From the NCBI RefSeq assembly GCF_009914755.1, contig NC_060946.1: a stretch of 64,000 nucleotides of DNA; one strand, given 5' to 3'. Both the position numbers and the translations under genes were made by a program. The notes below the pieces were generated by a model. That model did no database searches. It was not told the DNA's origin and saw nothing but the letters and a program-made list of their open reading frames with translations. This document shows, in pieces, positions 19,007 to 42,395 of this stretch. Positions within the stretch are counted from its first letter, which is position 1. Every line of letters begins with the position of its first letter. This stretch comes from the human T2T-CHM13v2.0 reference genome, Homo sapiens.

Positions 19007-20272
19007 TTATATATTATGGCTCATATTTTTAACTTGCTGGGAAAATTACATCCAGGAAAGTTCAGATCTCCAATAGTCATTATTTGAAAAACCTGCAATT
19101 ATAGAGTTAACATGTCAAGTTTTCTAAGTTCTCTGTATACCTCTCTCGGTTCTTGTTCTGCCCATTCACTGTTTATGGAATTCTGGCCTGTGTCCCAAAT
19201 CTTAAAGAGTATTCAAATTAATGGTTTTATAAATTACAACAGCTTCATGATATCAACAAGTGAGATAATCTTTAGAAATATAACTTTAATTCCAAAATAC
19301 CTTGGGTTAAGAAAAAATAAGAAATATAAATTTAGGTGTACCTGACTTACAATTGTGTACAATGACAGAATACTTAATTAGAAGTTAATATAAGAGAAAA
19401 ATAACTAGATAAATATTTATGAAATTAGGCTCTCAGATCAAGCAGGTCAAAATCTTCACCGTACAGCAATAATCTAAGGTATGTCTAGCACAAAAATTTT
19501 GCTGTTTCTGCACGCAAAAGCAAAAAATAAAAATTATAAATAATTTAAAACTGCTAAAAATCTTTCCTGTCCACACTTGCTAGTCAAGCAAATCACACTG
19601 GCAAAGAGAGAATAGATTTTCTACTAATTCAAGATTACATGGAGATTTTATTTTTCTTATACAATTTATCCAGTCCCAGCTTAAATGTAAATATTGAAAA
19701 TATAACCCTAAACTCATTTGAAACTTAAGAAAAGGTGAAAAAAGTTTTTTAAAAAGTCAAACTGCCATGGAAACTGCTTTACCCAAACTGTGGTTCACAG
19801 CACTTCTTATTAGATTACCTTTCATGGCAAATAAATTTTAGCCATGTTTTACATTTTGCCAAAAAATATAATTTGGGTCCAACTGTCTTTTATAAACTGG
19901 TGGATTAGTATTACTATCTCATGACTAAAAGTCTAAAATAAAAAAAAAACATAAGATCTGTTATTTGTCAGATGTGTTTATGTATATACACATGTATTTT
20001 GTTATATGTTTTGCCTACATAGTAAAATCTGGTGTAGTGAGCCAGAAATCCCTTAAGAAAGTCTATTTAGATAAATGACCTTATGAAATATACAAAAATT
20101 AACCTAAATGCTTTTTAATTCATGTAACTTAATTAAATCTGTGATAAATAAACTATTCTAAAATTAGTGGTAAAATAAAAATAGAAATATCTTCAAAATG
20201 GTCAGTGTACATTTTACCCAGGTTTACTGGTCAGATGGTTTTGTATTTTTTTCTTCTAGAAATCTGTTATTA

Positions 20273-21280
20273 TGTGGGCAGCAAGCCACCCAGGTGCGAG
20301 GCAAGAGACCAAGGGCAAGAGCTGTTCCAGTGTAATAAAGAAAATATATAAAATAAGAATAGTTATACTAGATATAGATCATAGATATGATTATATATGA
20401 ATATCATTAATCATTAGTTTGTAGCAATTACTCTTTATTCCAATATTATAATAATCCTCACTCTACAATAATAACCTAGGAAAATCCAGACCATACAGAG
20501 ATAGGAGCTGAGGGGACATAGTGAGAAGTGACCAGAAGACAAGAGTGTGAGCCTTCTTTTATGCCCAGACAGGGCCACCAGAGGGCTCCTTGGTCTAGCG
20601 GTAATACCAGCATCTGGGAAGATGCCCATGACCTAAATGGACCATGGTCTAGCAGTAGCTTCAGTGCCAAGGAAAAACACCCACTACTTAGCAGACTGGG
20701 AAAGGGAGTCTCCCTTTCCCCGGGGGAGTTTAGATAAGACTCTGCTCCTCCACCTCTTGTGGAGGGCATGACATCAGTCAGGCCCACCTGCAGTTATCTG
20801 GAGGCCTGACCATCTCTCTGTGACACTGTGCTTCAGTGGTCACACTCCTAGTCCGCTTTCATGTTTCCTCCCATACACCTGGCTTGCCTTTTAGATAGCA
20901 ATAGCAAAATTAGTGAAAGTACTAAAAGTCTCTGATATGCAGAAATAATGGCATAAGCTATCTCCTCTCTGTCTCTCTCTCCCCACCTCAGCTGCCAAAC
21001 AGGGAAGGGCCCCCGTCCAGTGGACACGTGGCCCACATGACCTTACCTATAATTGGAGATGGCTCACACTCCTTACCCTGCCCTCTTGTCTTGTATCCAA
21101 TAAATAACAGAGCAGCCTGGCATTCGGGGCCACTACTGGTCTCTGTGTCTAGGTGGTAGTTGTTCCCTGTGCCCAGCTGTCTTTTCTTCTATCTCTTTGT
21201 CTTGTGTCTTCATTTCTATGATCTCTCGTCTCCACACATGGGGAGAAAAACCCACAGACCCTGTGGGGCTGGTCCCTACA
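20273..21280 (+). mobile_element. LTR13 solo LTR (HML-4), full length
   Basis: tgtgggcagcaagccacccagg…ctgtggggctggtccctaca; perfect 6-bp TSD ttatta. Confidence 0.93.
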
Positions 21281-21490
21281 TTATTAGTCATAATTTTGGT
21301 TGCTATGTTAACTTTCTCCTAGAGTTGTATTTATGTGGACATGTTATATGGATTTTTATACCCATATAACTTTCTATATTGCTATAAAATTGTTCTCACC
21401 CATAAAATACTGATAATACTGATATGTGAGAGATTTCTTGCTCCCTAGGTTTTCACTGTAATTTAAGGTTACTACAAGTTTAAAATTCTA

Positions 21491-21802
<312 letters not shown>

Positions 21803-21824
21803 TGTAATTAATATGGATAATTCT

Positions 21825-21985
<161 letters not shown>

Positions 21986-23141
21986 TAGCTAATATATATA
22001 ATTCTATACAAAAGTGTGCCTTAAAAAGTAGGATGAGTTTTTAATAAAAAAAAATGTATAAGAAATGCATAAAAACATATTCTTTATTGAGAAAGAAATA
22101 ATAATTTTATATAATTTGAAGGTTATTTAAAGGTTGTTTCAAAATATTGATTCAGAAAAGACCCTGAAATGTTAAAGAATAACCAGTAAGTAGAAGAGAG
22201 AGATGTGAAGAAAGTTATTGATAGGGAGATGGAGATAGGAGAAGGTTGAAAAGAAATATTTCACATGACAAATAATCTTGTGTGGTAAATTTTCATCCTA
22301 AACTAAAATGGCTAATTATTTAAGAGGGAAAGTACAGGACAAAGTGGAAAGCCCAACCATGTCTACAATGGTCTGAGTAACTCATTTGTGAAAAGAGAAT
22401 TTATGCAAGATGTTTTGCATGTGACCAAGTTTGTTATGATCAGAAGAAAATTAAATTATAAGTCTTTCTAAGGACTGAGCTTTGGCATTAAAAATACACT
22501 AATAAAAAACTGAAAAATGTGGTTCCCTATGTTAGAACAACAAGGCTTTCTTAAAGTATTGCTTTACTTTTCATAAAATTGCAAGAGGTTTTGAGTTTTA
22601 ATTCTGAAATCTGTTCCCTTAACAGCCATCTTCTAAACTACAGACAATTTCCATTTCTGTCAAATATTTTTCTGAGATCTATTTAATTTGCCCAGTTTGA
22701 GGATGGAGATTCAGCTCCCCTTTTTTCTTGCCTAAAAAGGCACAACATCTTGGCTGAGGTGATAGCTTTTCTTCAACCTTTTGTCAACTCTTGTAACTTT
22801 TCTTCTGTGGTTCCAACTCTGCTGTTATGTTCTGATGCTAAAATATATGTCCTGAAAAATCTAGAAAAACAGTGTTTTACTCCAATATAACTTGAAATTA
22901 ATAAAAGTCTGATTGTCCTGATGTGATGTAGTCAGTCGTGATTCTGGTTGCATGTAATAAAAATAACAAAGTTTCATTGTCAATTGGGACATTTGATCAG
23001 ATTTTAAATCATGGCTATTCCAAGTTTTTGTCATTCACAGTTGTTTTGAAAATTTCTCTAAAAGCGTTTGCAATCTGCTATAGTCCAAAACAGCTTTTCA
23101 TAGAAAATAACAAATACTCTTGAACACAGAATTTTGATAAA

Positions 23142-23384
23142 TTTTTTGAGACAAAGTCTCACTCTGTTGCTCAAGCTGGTATACAGTGGCACAGTCTTGA
23201 CTCATGGCATCCTCTACCTCCCAATCCTCTAATCTCAGCCTCCTGGATAATTTTTGTATTTTTTTGTAGAGATGGGATTTCTCCATATTGCCCAGGTTGG
23301 TCTCAAACTCCCAAGTTGAAGTGATCTACCTGCCTCAGCCTCCCAAAGTGCTGGGATTGCAGATGTGAGCCACTGTGCCTGGCC
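23142..23384 (-). mobile_element. AluJ-like with internal deletion
   Basis: Antisense Alu motifs. Confidence 0.85.
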
Positions 23385-25085
23385 AAATTGTTGGTAATTT
23401 AAGATCAGTAGACTAAATACAAATCTCCAGAGCTCAAATGAATAAATTGGTGGGTTTATAAAACTGTTAAGATTAAACAAAACAATTACATAAAATTAAG
23501 TGGTTCATGAAGATGATGTTTTTATGACTTTTATTTGAAACATTATTGGTTGTGAAATATTTTGTTTTCCAGATTTAAGAAAACTTTATCTTTTAAGCTA
23601 CCTATAGTTTACAAAAATTCAGTAAAGTATAATTTTTTGAACAAAGATGGAAGCATTCATTTTGTCTCCCTACTTGATTCATCCAAAATTTGGAAAGTAT
23701 TTGTGAGTATTCTTTTATTTTTACTCGATAAATATCTGTTTCTCTTCATAATCAGAATACCATTGAAAACATTGGTTATATTATGAAGGCTTTGACTGAA
23801 ATCTCATATTTAAGAATGTGCATAAAGTGCCTGGTTTCCAGTGTTTCCGCCTGACAGTGAATGAGTAAAAATTGTCACTTCCTGGCAGGCCCAAGAACTT
23901 TAAGATTGTAAGTAAAATCTAAAACCTCCCTTGCTTTGGCTTAAGAGGTTTTTAAACCTGAACTTTTTGTAGATTAATGTAGAGAGAAAGTTCTGTTTCT
24001 AAAGAAAAACTATAATGCATCTGTTAGTAGATTGTAAACCTGTTCATGCTTTTCAAATTCTTGTTATCTACATGTAGATTACACTAGATCCTGAATTTTC
24101 CTAATGTATTTCTCCAAATTTGGCAACAACTCTCCAACTAAAAGCAAAAGTTGCTCTGTTACTAAAGCCCTATGAGCTGAAACTAGATAAATTTTAAAGA
24201 ATAAACATGTGCCTGGTGTATGGATCACAGAAAGAGTTCACCAAACCACATGATGTCATGACCAAAGACATTCAAACAACAAAGCAGGAGAAGTTAATGT
24301 TTTCATGCCAATTGTCCCAGGTCATTAGAACAGATTTTTCCAGGTCATTAGAACAGGATGGCGTGTGATGAGATTTTTACCCTTCCTCCTCCTTAACGCT
24401 ACATTTTTCACTTGGCAGAATAATGATGTGAATGAAAATTCACAATCAATAGCTTCTGCTTATAAGTATCCTTTGGTTAAATGAGAAAATGACTGTGTTA
24501 TTGTCAATACTATATGCTGTATCTGGATAAATTTCTCCAGGAAATTAGAAATTTATAGACACAAAAGAAGAAAACAGGCCTCATGGTTACACCATCTCAC
24601 CTGATTCCCTATGGTCATTCGATTTATTCAATTAGCCGTCTGTAAGCCTAGATTAATGGCTCAAAGCCATTATGCAAACTAGAATTGTCCTATTACTATT
24701 TACTTCATAATTTCCCTTTTTAAACTGTGTATCCATTACTTAAGTTTTTTTTCAAAAGTACAACTCCTAACAGAATAATGCCGGTACAGCACTTTCATAT
24801 GATAGCAAAAGACTACAAAACAGACAAAATTGAACTTAATAATGAACGCCAGGTAGACTTAGCCTGAAAACTACTCCCTTCAAATCTCCCTTCTTGATCC
24901 AAATGTGCCTAAAAGGATTTTGACACTGACTCTTAAGTGCCAATTATCCCCGCCTCAATGTAGGACGAGACCAAAAACCAAAATAGGTCCATCCTAGCAC
25001 CAAGGGCCATCAAAATCAAACTAAAAGATGATTGATCAGTGATGCTTTTTGAAAAAGATCTGGAGCGCAAAAGGGAGGGGAAACG

Positions 25086-26242
<1,157 letters not shown>

Positions 26243-26304
26243 GGTTCCAGCTGATCTCAGAAATACTGGAAAAGACAAGCAAATCTGTGGCAGATCAGGT
26301 CTCA

Positions 26305-26923
26305 TTAACAGTTGAACAGGCAGGACTCCATGACAAGAGCTTCCACACTGACAACTGGTTAGGTTAAATATTAAAGGCTGAACGAGGAGTTGTCCTTACA
26401 CAAAGGCTGGAACATAACAATAGCTGAAAAAAATCTGGCCTAGGCCTTTCCTGGGCCTTGAAGCGCAACAAGATAACAAAGAATATCTTACATTCCTCAC
26501 ACCAGGATGCATTTAAGATTAAAAAGCTTCTGCTGGATGTCTGAAGAAACTCCCCCAGACCTCCACACCTTAGCTGTAGAGAAAATAACAGTAATCACCA
26601 CCAGCACCAGGACCCCATCTAGATTAGGCAAACTTACTGAGGCTCCAGAGGAAGGTCTCCAGGACCCAGACCTTACTTATAGATTAGGTGGAATCAGTCA
26701 CTTTTGTCCTTAGGAAAATGCAAACTTACACACAGACATACAGCTTAGAAGGTATATAAGCACTAGAAAAACTTGGTAACTTTGAGTTTGTCTGGTGATG
26801 TTTTCCCCAGCATTCTCCCTATACCTGGTTACAGAAATAAAATCTCTTCTTTCCAAGTTTGTCTGCATCTCATTACTGGACCATGAGAACAAGCAACCAG
26901 AATCTTGATTTTGTCCAGGAACA
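26305..26923 (+). mobile_element. ERV1-class solo LTR (MER34/MER39-group-like; family uncertain)
   Basis: TATA-like gtatataag at ~26752, AATAAA at ~26836, recalled LTR motifs. Confidence 0.55.
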
Positions 26924-27247
26924 CAACCAGCTAAAGAAAATCTGAATTAGAATTAGAAATATGGAGGTATGTAAACAGGTCAGTTTGAATATTGGGCTCC
27001 AAATCCTTTCATAGATATTAAACATATACCTGAAATTACAATTAATGAGGTAACCATTCAAAAGCTTTTTCATGATTGAAGAGGGGCTGGGATACCCGTT
27101 TCTTCTTTGGGGACATGCTTTTCATTAGCCCTAATCTCATAATCCACATAGGAGTTCCTTTATTCTAAAGATTTTTCTTTCTTTACCACTTTCTTCACTG
27201 CTGCTTGAAGGGCAACCCCAGATGCAGGTTGAGCCAATAGTGCCAGC

Positions 27248-27343
27248 CAGTAAGAACTGGGGTGCACAGTAAGAACTGGGGTGCACAGTAAGAACTGGGG
27301 TGCACAGTAAGAATTGGGGTGCACTGTAAGAACTGGGGTGCAC
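27248..27343. repeat. Minisatellite, 19-bp unit x 5 (cagtaagaactggggtgca)
   Basis: Direct reading; exact 19-bp period with two substitutions. Confidence 0.97.
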
Positions 27344-27769
27344 TCCCACCACCATTACCAGTGTTTTCACACCCTCCCATGGGATGCAGTACCCACGGCA
27401 GAGGAGCACTCTGAACAGAGCTGTGGGTTACGAGGCTGCATCTGCAGTCCACACTCTTACCAAACCACGAGATCAGCGCTAACTCCCTAAAGCAGGCTGG
27501 GAACACAGATCTTCCTCCTTCACACAGCTCTGGGAAGCTCTAACTTCTTGTTGCACTTAAGTTAAATTTTCATACAACAATCCCACTACCAGGAACTTAT
27601 CAAAAGGAAATATTTGGAATGCACACAGATGCATGCAGTTATTCATCTGTAATTATCTGGATGTCTATCGGTAAGAAATTAGTTATTTAAATTTATTCAC
27701 ATACATTCCAATGAAAACTCCACAACCTTTAGGAGAATAAAAATGGATTTCAAGGATCTTCTCTCTCAG

Positions 27770-28000
27770 AGAGGCAGTGTGGAGTGATGGCTAGGAGTTC
27801 CAGCTGGCAGCAAGCTCACCTGGACTCACATCTGAGCTCTATACTTACTGTCTCTGTGGCCTTGGGTAAATTATCAAGGGCTCTGAGCCCCACCTCCCCC
27901 ATTTGTAAAACATATTTTTAGGAAGATTAAATGGGTTTTAATGTAAAGTGCCTAGGACACACTGTACTTGGGACATAGCGAGGATTCAATGCAAATTAGT
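27770..28000 (+). mobile_element. MIR
   Basis: MIR core (acttactgtctctgtggccttgggtaaatta; taatgtaaagtgcctagga). Confidence 0.75.
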
Positions 28001-28080
28001 CAGTATTGATGACACGTCCTTAAATGAGTAAAACATGTTAAGAAACCACATGTAGACAATGCTCATATTTTTATTTCCTA

Positions 28081-29860
<1,780 letters not shown>

Positions 29861-30082
29861 TCATCTCAGTAATTGGGTGTCTGTGTGAAGGGCACAGTGA
29901 GCCTGATTCAGTGTCACCAGGGTAGCCACAGCTCCAGATGCCACCTGAAATGTCCCAGGGCTGAAATTGCCAATCTCTTCTGGCCAAAGCTGTGCTCCTA
30001 GGCCTGTTGTGGACCCAGGTGCCAACACTTGCAAGGACCCCAGGTCATGCACCTCTTGCCTGGGCCCACGTCTGAGGCCTGA

Positions 30083-30428
<346 letters not shown>

Positions 30429-30928
30429 CAACACCCCATGGAATTTTTAACATGCTTGGTGAGAGGCAATGGTACAGGGAACCCGTGGACCTGCACACAG
30501 GGAGTGCCTCCTGTGGTAGTACCAGGGGCCCTGCTGCCACCAGCAGACCCCTGGCCTGTCCTGCTGACTGCCAGTTGTGCTCCTCCACCACCACCGCCTC
30601 TGATCCTCCCAGTCATTTCCAGTCTTCAGGGTTGCTCCTCCTCTGTCTCCTCAAGCCCTCAGCTCAGTGCTGCCCCTCCAACCTCACTGAGACCCTTGGT
30701 GATTCCTTTCCATCCTCAGCTCCCTCACAGACCCTGAGTAGTATCCAGCCACACTCAGCTCTCTCTCCTGGATGCTCTGTCCTCCCATGGCCACTCAATA
30801 CTACAGTATTTAAGTCCTATTCGTCATAGTCTTTGTTGGGGTATAATGATGATTAAGAGCCATAGTTCACAGTGAAGTGGCCTGATTCAAATTAGGGTTA
30901 GGGTCTCGTTCTGGGTTAGGGATTGGGG

Positions 30929-33420
<2,492 letters not shown>

Positions 33421-33657
33421 TGTGGAATACCACTCACCGACCTGCATCTGTGGAGTACCACATGCCCCTCACCGACCTGCATCTGTGGAGTACCACATGC
33501 CCCTCACCGACCTGCATCTGTGAAGTACCACATGCCCCTCACCGACCTGCATTTGTGGAGTACCACATGCCCCTCACCCACCTGCATCTGTGGAGTACCA
33601 TATGCCCCTCACCGACTTGCATCTGTGGAGTACCACATGCCCCTCACCAACCTGCAT
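33421..33657. repeat. Minisatellite, 35-bp unit x ~6.7 (tgtggagtaccacatgcccctcaccgacctgcatc)
   Basis: Units start at 33449, 33484, 33519, 33554, 33589 and 33624, plus a shortened first copy. Confidence 0.97.
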
Positions 33658-33659
33658 AG

Positions 33660-38831
<5,172 letters not shown>

Positions 38832-40932
38832 TTACTGTCTCCTTTGCCTCTAGGGGTTAGAGCCCCAGGCATCAGGAGACCTGTGACCCCAGGTGCCACC
38901 AGGAGAACTTCAGCCCAGACAGCAGATCGGCTTTCACGTGACCCGGCGCCCCTACCCAGCAGCGCAACAGAACCCTAAGAAATGCTCCAGGATGATTCCA
39001 GAAACAGTGCACTTCAAGAACTGCAGTAAAGTTTTAAGGCCCAAGGCAGGACCCATCCCATAAGGATGAAGGAGGAGCCTGATCACCTCCCGAGTTGTGC
39101 CTAATAGTCCAACCCAGAGAGGCTAAAGGCGGTGAGAAAGGCTCGCCAATTCAGATGAAACCCACACCCCAACAAACACAAGATGTGAGACCGGCTTGCT
39201 AACTCAGTTAAGAAAAAGAAACTAGAGATGGTGAGAGTGGCTTGCCACCCCAGTTAGGTACACAGGAACTAGGAGTAGAGAAGTGTGTGAATGAAAAGGC
39301 CTAATTAAGCTCATCAGCCGTGAAGTAAGGAGTCACAGATCTCTTAGTGTAGACTGTGTGCTCCGAACAAAGTGTAAGGCCGACTGCAAATAGTAGCGAT
39401 CTGCATACGGCTAATAAGAACTGCCCTACAGCTCAGAGTTGTATCAGGAATAAGGAACTCTCCAAAGCCAAGCAGCCTCTGAAAACTCCCATAATAGTAG
39501 ATGGTATACTAGGCTGAAATGAGAGGAAAGAGTGTGCTGTGCCGTAAAAGAAAGAATAGGAAGAAAGTCATCAACACTTACCCCGTTAGAGTGAATGTTA
39601 CAGAACTTTAAGAAAGGTTTAGCAGAGGACTATGGAGTTAAGCTAACCCCACAGAGGTTGAGAACTCTCTGTGAATTAGAATGGCCTTCTTTTAGTGTTA
39701 GATGGACGACCGAAGGAACTATAGATAAGGAAATAATTGACTGTGTATTTAAGGTGGTGACAAGAGTCAGAGGACACCCAAGGCATCCAGATTAATTTCC
39801 TTATATTGATTGATGGTTAAATATAGCACAGACAAGACCAGCCTGGATCCAGCCCTATTTAGCAGTTTATTGTGAAACACGTGTGTCCTGAGCCCAGCCA
39901 AGAGTGAAAGTAAGAGCAGCTTCACTGGCAGACACAGAGTTAAAGAAGTCCCAAAGAGAGCAAGAAAAGTCAGTTTTGCAGGAGCTGCCAGAAAGAAGAG
40001 ATTCGTCCTCCACATGTCCCAGCCTACCCCCCTTTACAGAGACCAACAGCCCCCCAGGAGCCAGACTTAAAGCCAGCATGACCCAAGTTTCACCCCGAAG
40101 GGGAGGATCAGAGCCTTGAGAGGCCAGGGAAGGAAGTCAAGATATTCAAGCAGGCTGTCTCAGAACTGGCGGTGTTCAAGCTCTACAAATGCCTCTCTAG
40201 GAGATGTGAGGACCCATTTATTATGATGGCCAAGGCCAAGTCCAAACAAGGCAATGGACTTTCATCAGTCAGCCCTTTTCAACCACTGATCTTTTAAACT
40301 GGAAACACCATACTCCCTCCTACACAGAGAAGCCTCAAGCTCTTATAGATCTGATGCAACCCATCTTTCTGACACACAATCCAAGCTGGCCAGACTGCCA
40401 GCAGCTCCTCCTCACATTATTTAACACTGAGGAATGCAGGAGAGTAATCCAGGAAGCTCTCCACTGACTAGAAGCCCAGGCATCAGCAGACACAGTGCAT
40501 GCTCAGGCATACACTCAAGGTCAGTTCCCAGACGCTGGCTAGGAGCCCAGGCATCAGCAGACGCATTGCATGCTCAGGCATGATGCAGACGCAGTGCATG
40601 CTCAGGCATTCACTCAAGGTCAGTTCCCAGACCAAGATCCTAACTAGGACCCAGGGGATGCAACTCAGCTTCAGCATGTGCAGAGGTACCAAGAGGCACT
40701 TCTGCAAAGGCTGAGATGATGGAAAGAGAGCCCTTAGTATAAAGAAGATTTCAGAAGTGCTTCTAGGAAGTGATGAGAGCCCTAACCAATTTTATGAAAG
40801 ATTCTGTGAGGCATACCGGCTTTCACCCTGTTTGACCCTGAGGCCACTGAATATCAGTGTATAGTGAATACGTCACTTGTAGGACAGGCCCAAAGTGATA
40901 TGAAACGAAAGCTTAAGAAGTTAGAAAGTTTT

Positions 40933-41220
40933 GGCTGGGCACGGTGGCTCACGCCTGTAATCCCAGCACTTTGGGAGGCCAAGGTAGGTGGATCACGAGG
41001 TCAGGAGTTAAAGATCAGCCTGGCCAAGATGGTGAAATCCCGTCTCTACTAAAAATACAAAAAAAAAATAGCTAGGTGTGGTGGTGGCACCTGTAATCCC
41101 AGCTAATTGGGCGGCAGAGGAAGAGAATTGCTTGAACCCAGGAGGCAGACGTTGCAGTGAGCCAAGATCGTGCCACTGCACTCCATCATGGGTGACAGAG
41201 CGAAACTCCGTCCAAAAAAA
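40933..41220 (+). mobile_element. AluS inserted in gag
   Basis: Full Alu; TSD tagaaagtttt before the Alu and after the GAA tract. Confidence 0.93.
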
Positions 41221-41315
41221 AAAGAAAAGAAGAAAGAAGAAGAAAGAAGAAAAAAAGAAGAAAAGAAGAAGAGGAAGAAGAGGAAGAAGAGGAGGAAGAA
41301 GAGGAAGAAGAGGAG

Positions 41316-41347
<32 letters not shown>

Positions 41348-41363
41348 AGAAGAAGAAGAAGAA

Positions 41364-41397
<34 letters not shown>

Positions 41398-41427
41398 GAG
41401 AAGGAAGAAGAAGAAAGAAAAAGAAGA
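41214..41427. repeat. 214-nt pure purine tract with (GAA)20 core at 41325-41384
   Basis: Direct reading. Confidence 0.97.
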
Positions 41428-41839
41428 TAGAAAGTTTTGCAGGTATGAATGTCACCCAGCTTGTAGAAGTAGCCACCAAAGTGTATGTTAACCGTGACCA
41501 GAAGGCAAAGAAAGAAGCAGATTGGAGGCTTAACATCTGTTGGCAGCAGCCCTTATAGAAAAAGAGATTAGCAATGTAAGATGACGTGGACGCAGACGTG
41601 GATGTAGAAGAAGTCAAGTTAGACAAGGATTTGAAAGTTGACCAAGGCTAGAGAAGTATCAGTGTGCGAGATGCAAAAAGAAAGGACACTAGAAAGATGA
41701 ATATCCAGAAGGCAATGAAAGAAATGGCCAAGGCCGTGAGACAAAGAGGCCATTGGCCAAAGGCTGCCGCACCTTAGAGGAACCAGATACTGATCTGATC
41801 AGGCTAGCAGGAGCTGAAAGATGTGAGGAGTAAAATAGA

Positions 41840-42395
41840 CCAAGCTCCTTCTCATTAAGCCTCCAAGAGCCCATCGTCATTTTAGAAGTCGAAAGCAGCA
41901 AGATTCTGCTGTATCTAGATTATAAATTTCTCGCTGATGGCTAAGCCATTATATGAAATTACAAAAAAAAAAGAGAGAGGAGAGAGAAAGAACCCCTCCT
42001 CTAAGAAACTAAACAGGAGAAGAAGCCATGCCTTCATGCCTTGTGAAAACTTGCTTATGGACTTTACTAAAATGCCCCGTGCCAGAGGCTATCAGTATAT
42101 GCTAGGGTTTATTTGCACTTTTTCAGGATAGGTTGAGACTTTCCCCACCAGGACAGAAAAAGCACAAGAAGTGACTAAAGTACTACTAAAATATATTATC
42201 CCAAGGTTTTGACAGCCTCTAACTTTAAAGTCAGACAACAGGCCAGCATTTGTAACTGAAATAGTGCAAGATTTAACAAGACTGTTAAAAATAAAATAGA
42301 AGTTACGCACAGCCTATCAGTTGCAAAGTTCAAGAAAAGTAGAAAACATGAACCAGACACTCAAGCAGCTACTGAAGAAATATTGCCAAGAGAGT
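41840..42395 (+). pseudogene. pol: Collapsed pro/pol remnants (protease start, short RT piece, integrase core)
   Basis: NFSLMAKPLYEITK (RT); LLMDFTKMP…FSG*VETFPTRTEKA…SDNRPAFV…SSRKVENMNQTLKQLL (integrase D-D-E region). Confidence 0.85.

Larger units (their letters stand above)
39556..41833 (+). pseudogene. gag: ERV gag remnant (MA, CA, NC), Alu inserted
   Basis: MA-like MLQNFKKGLAEDYGVKLTPQRLRTLCELEWPSF; CA-like DLLNWKHHTPSYTEKPQALIDLM; zinc knuckle CARCKKKGH*KDEY at ~41663-41704; many stops. Confidence 0.88.

Noticed and set aside
33421-33657. Partly palindromic 35-bp repeats (also 49487-49977) resembling CRISPR repeats
   Set aside because: Head-to-tail units with no unique spacers, no cas genes, and a primate genomic context.
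41078-41626. Poly-Arg, poly-Lys and poly-Ser ORFs (137, 86 and 146 aa), superficially protamine- or SR-like
   Set aside because: They are translations of the Alu tail GAA tract in different frames.
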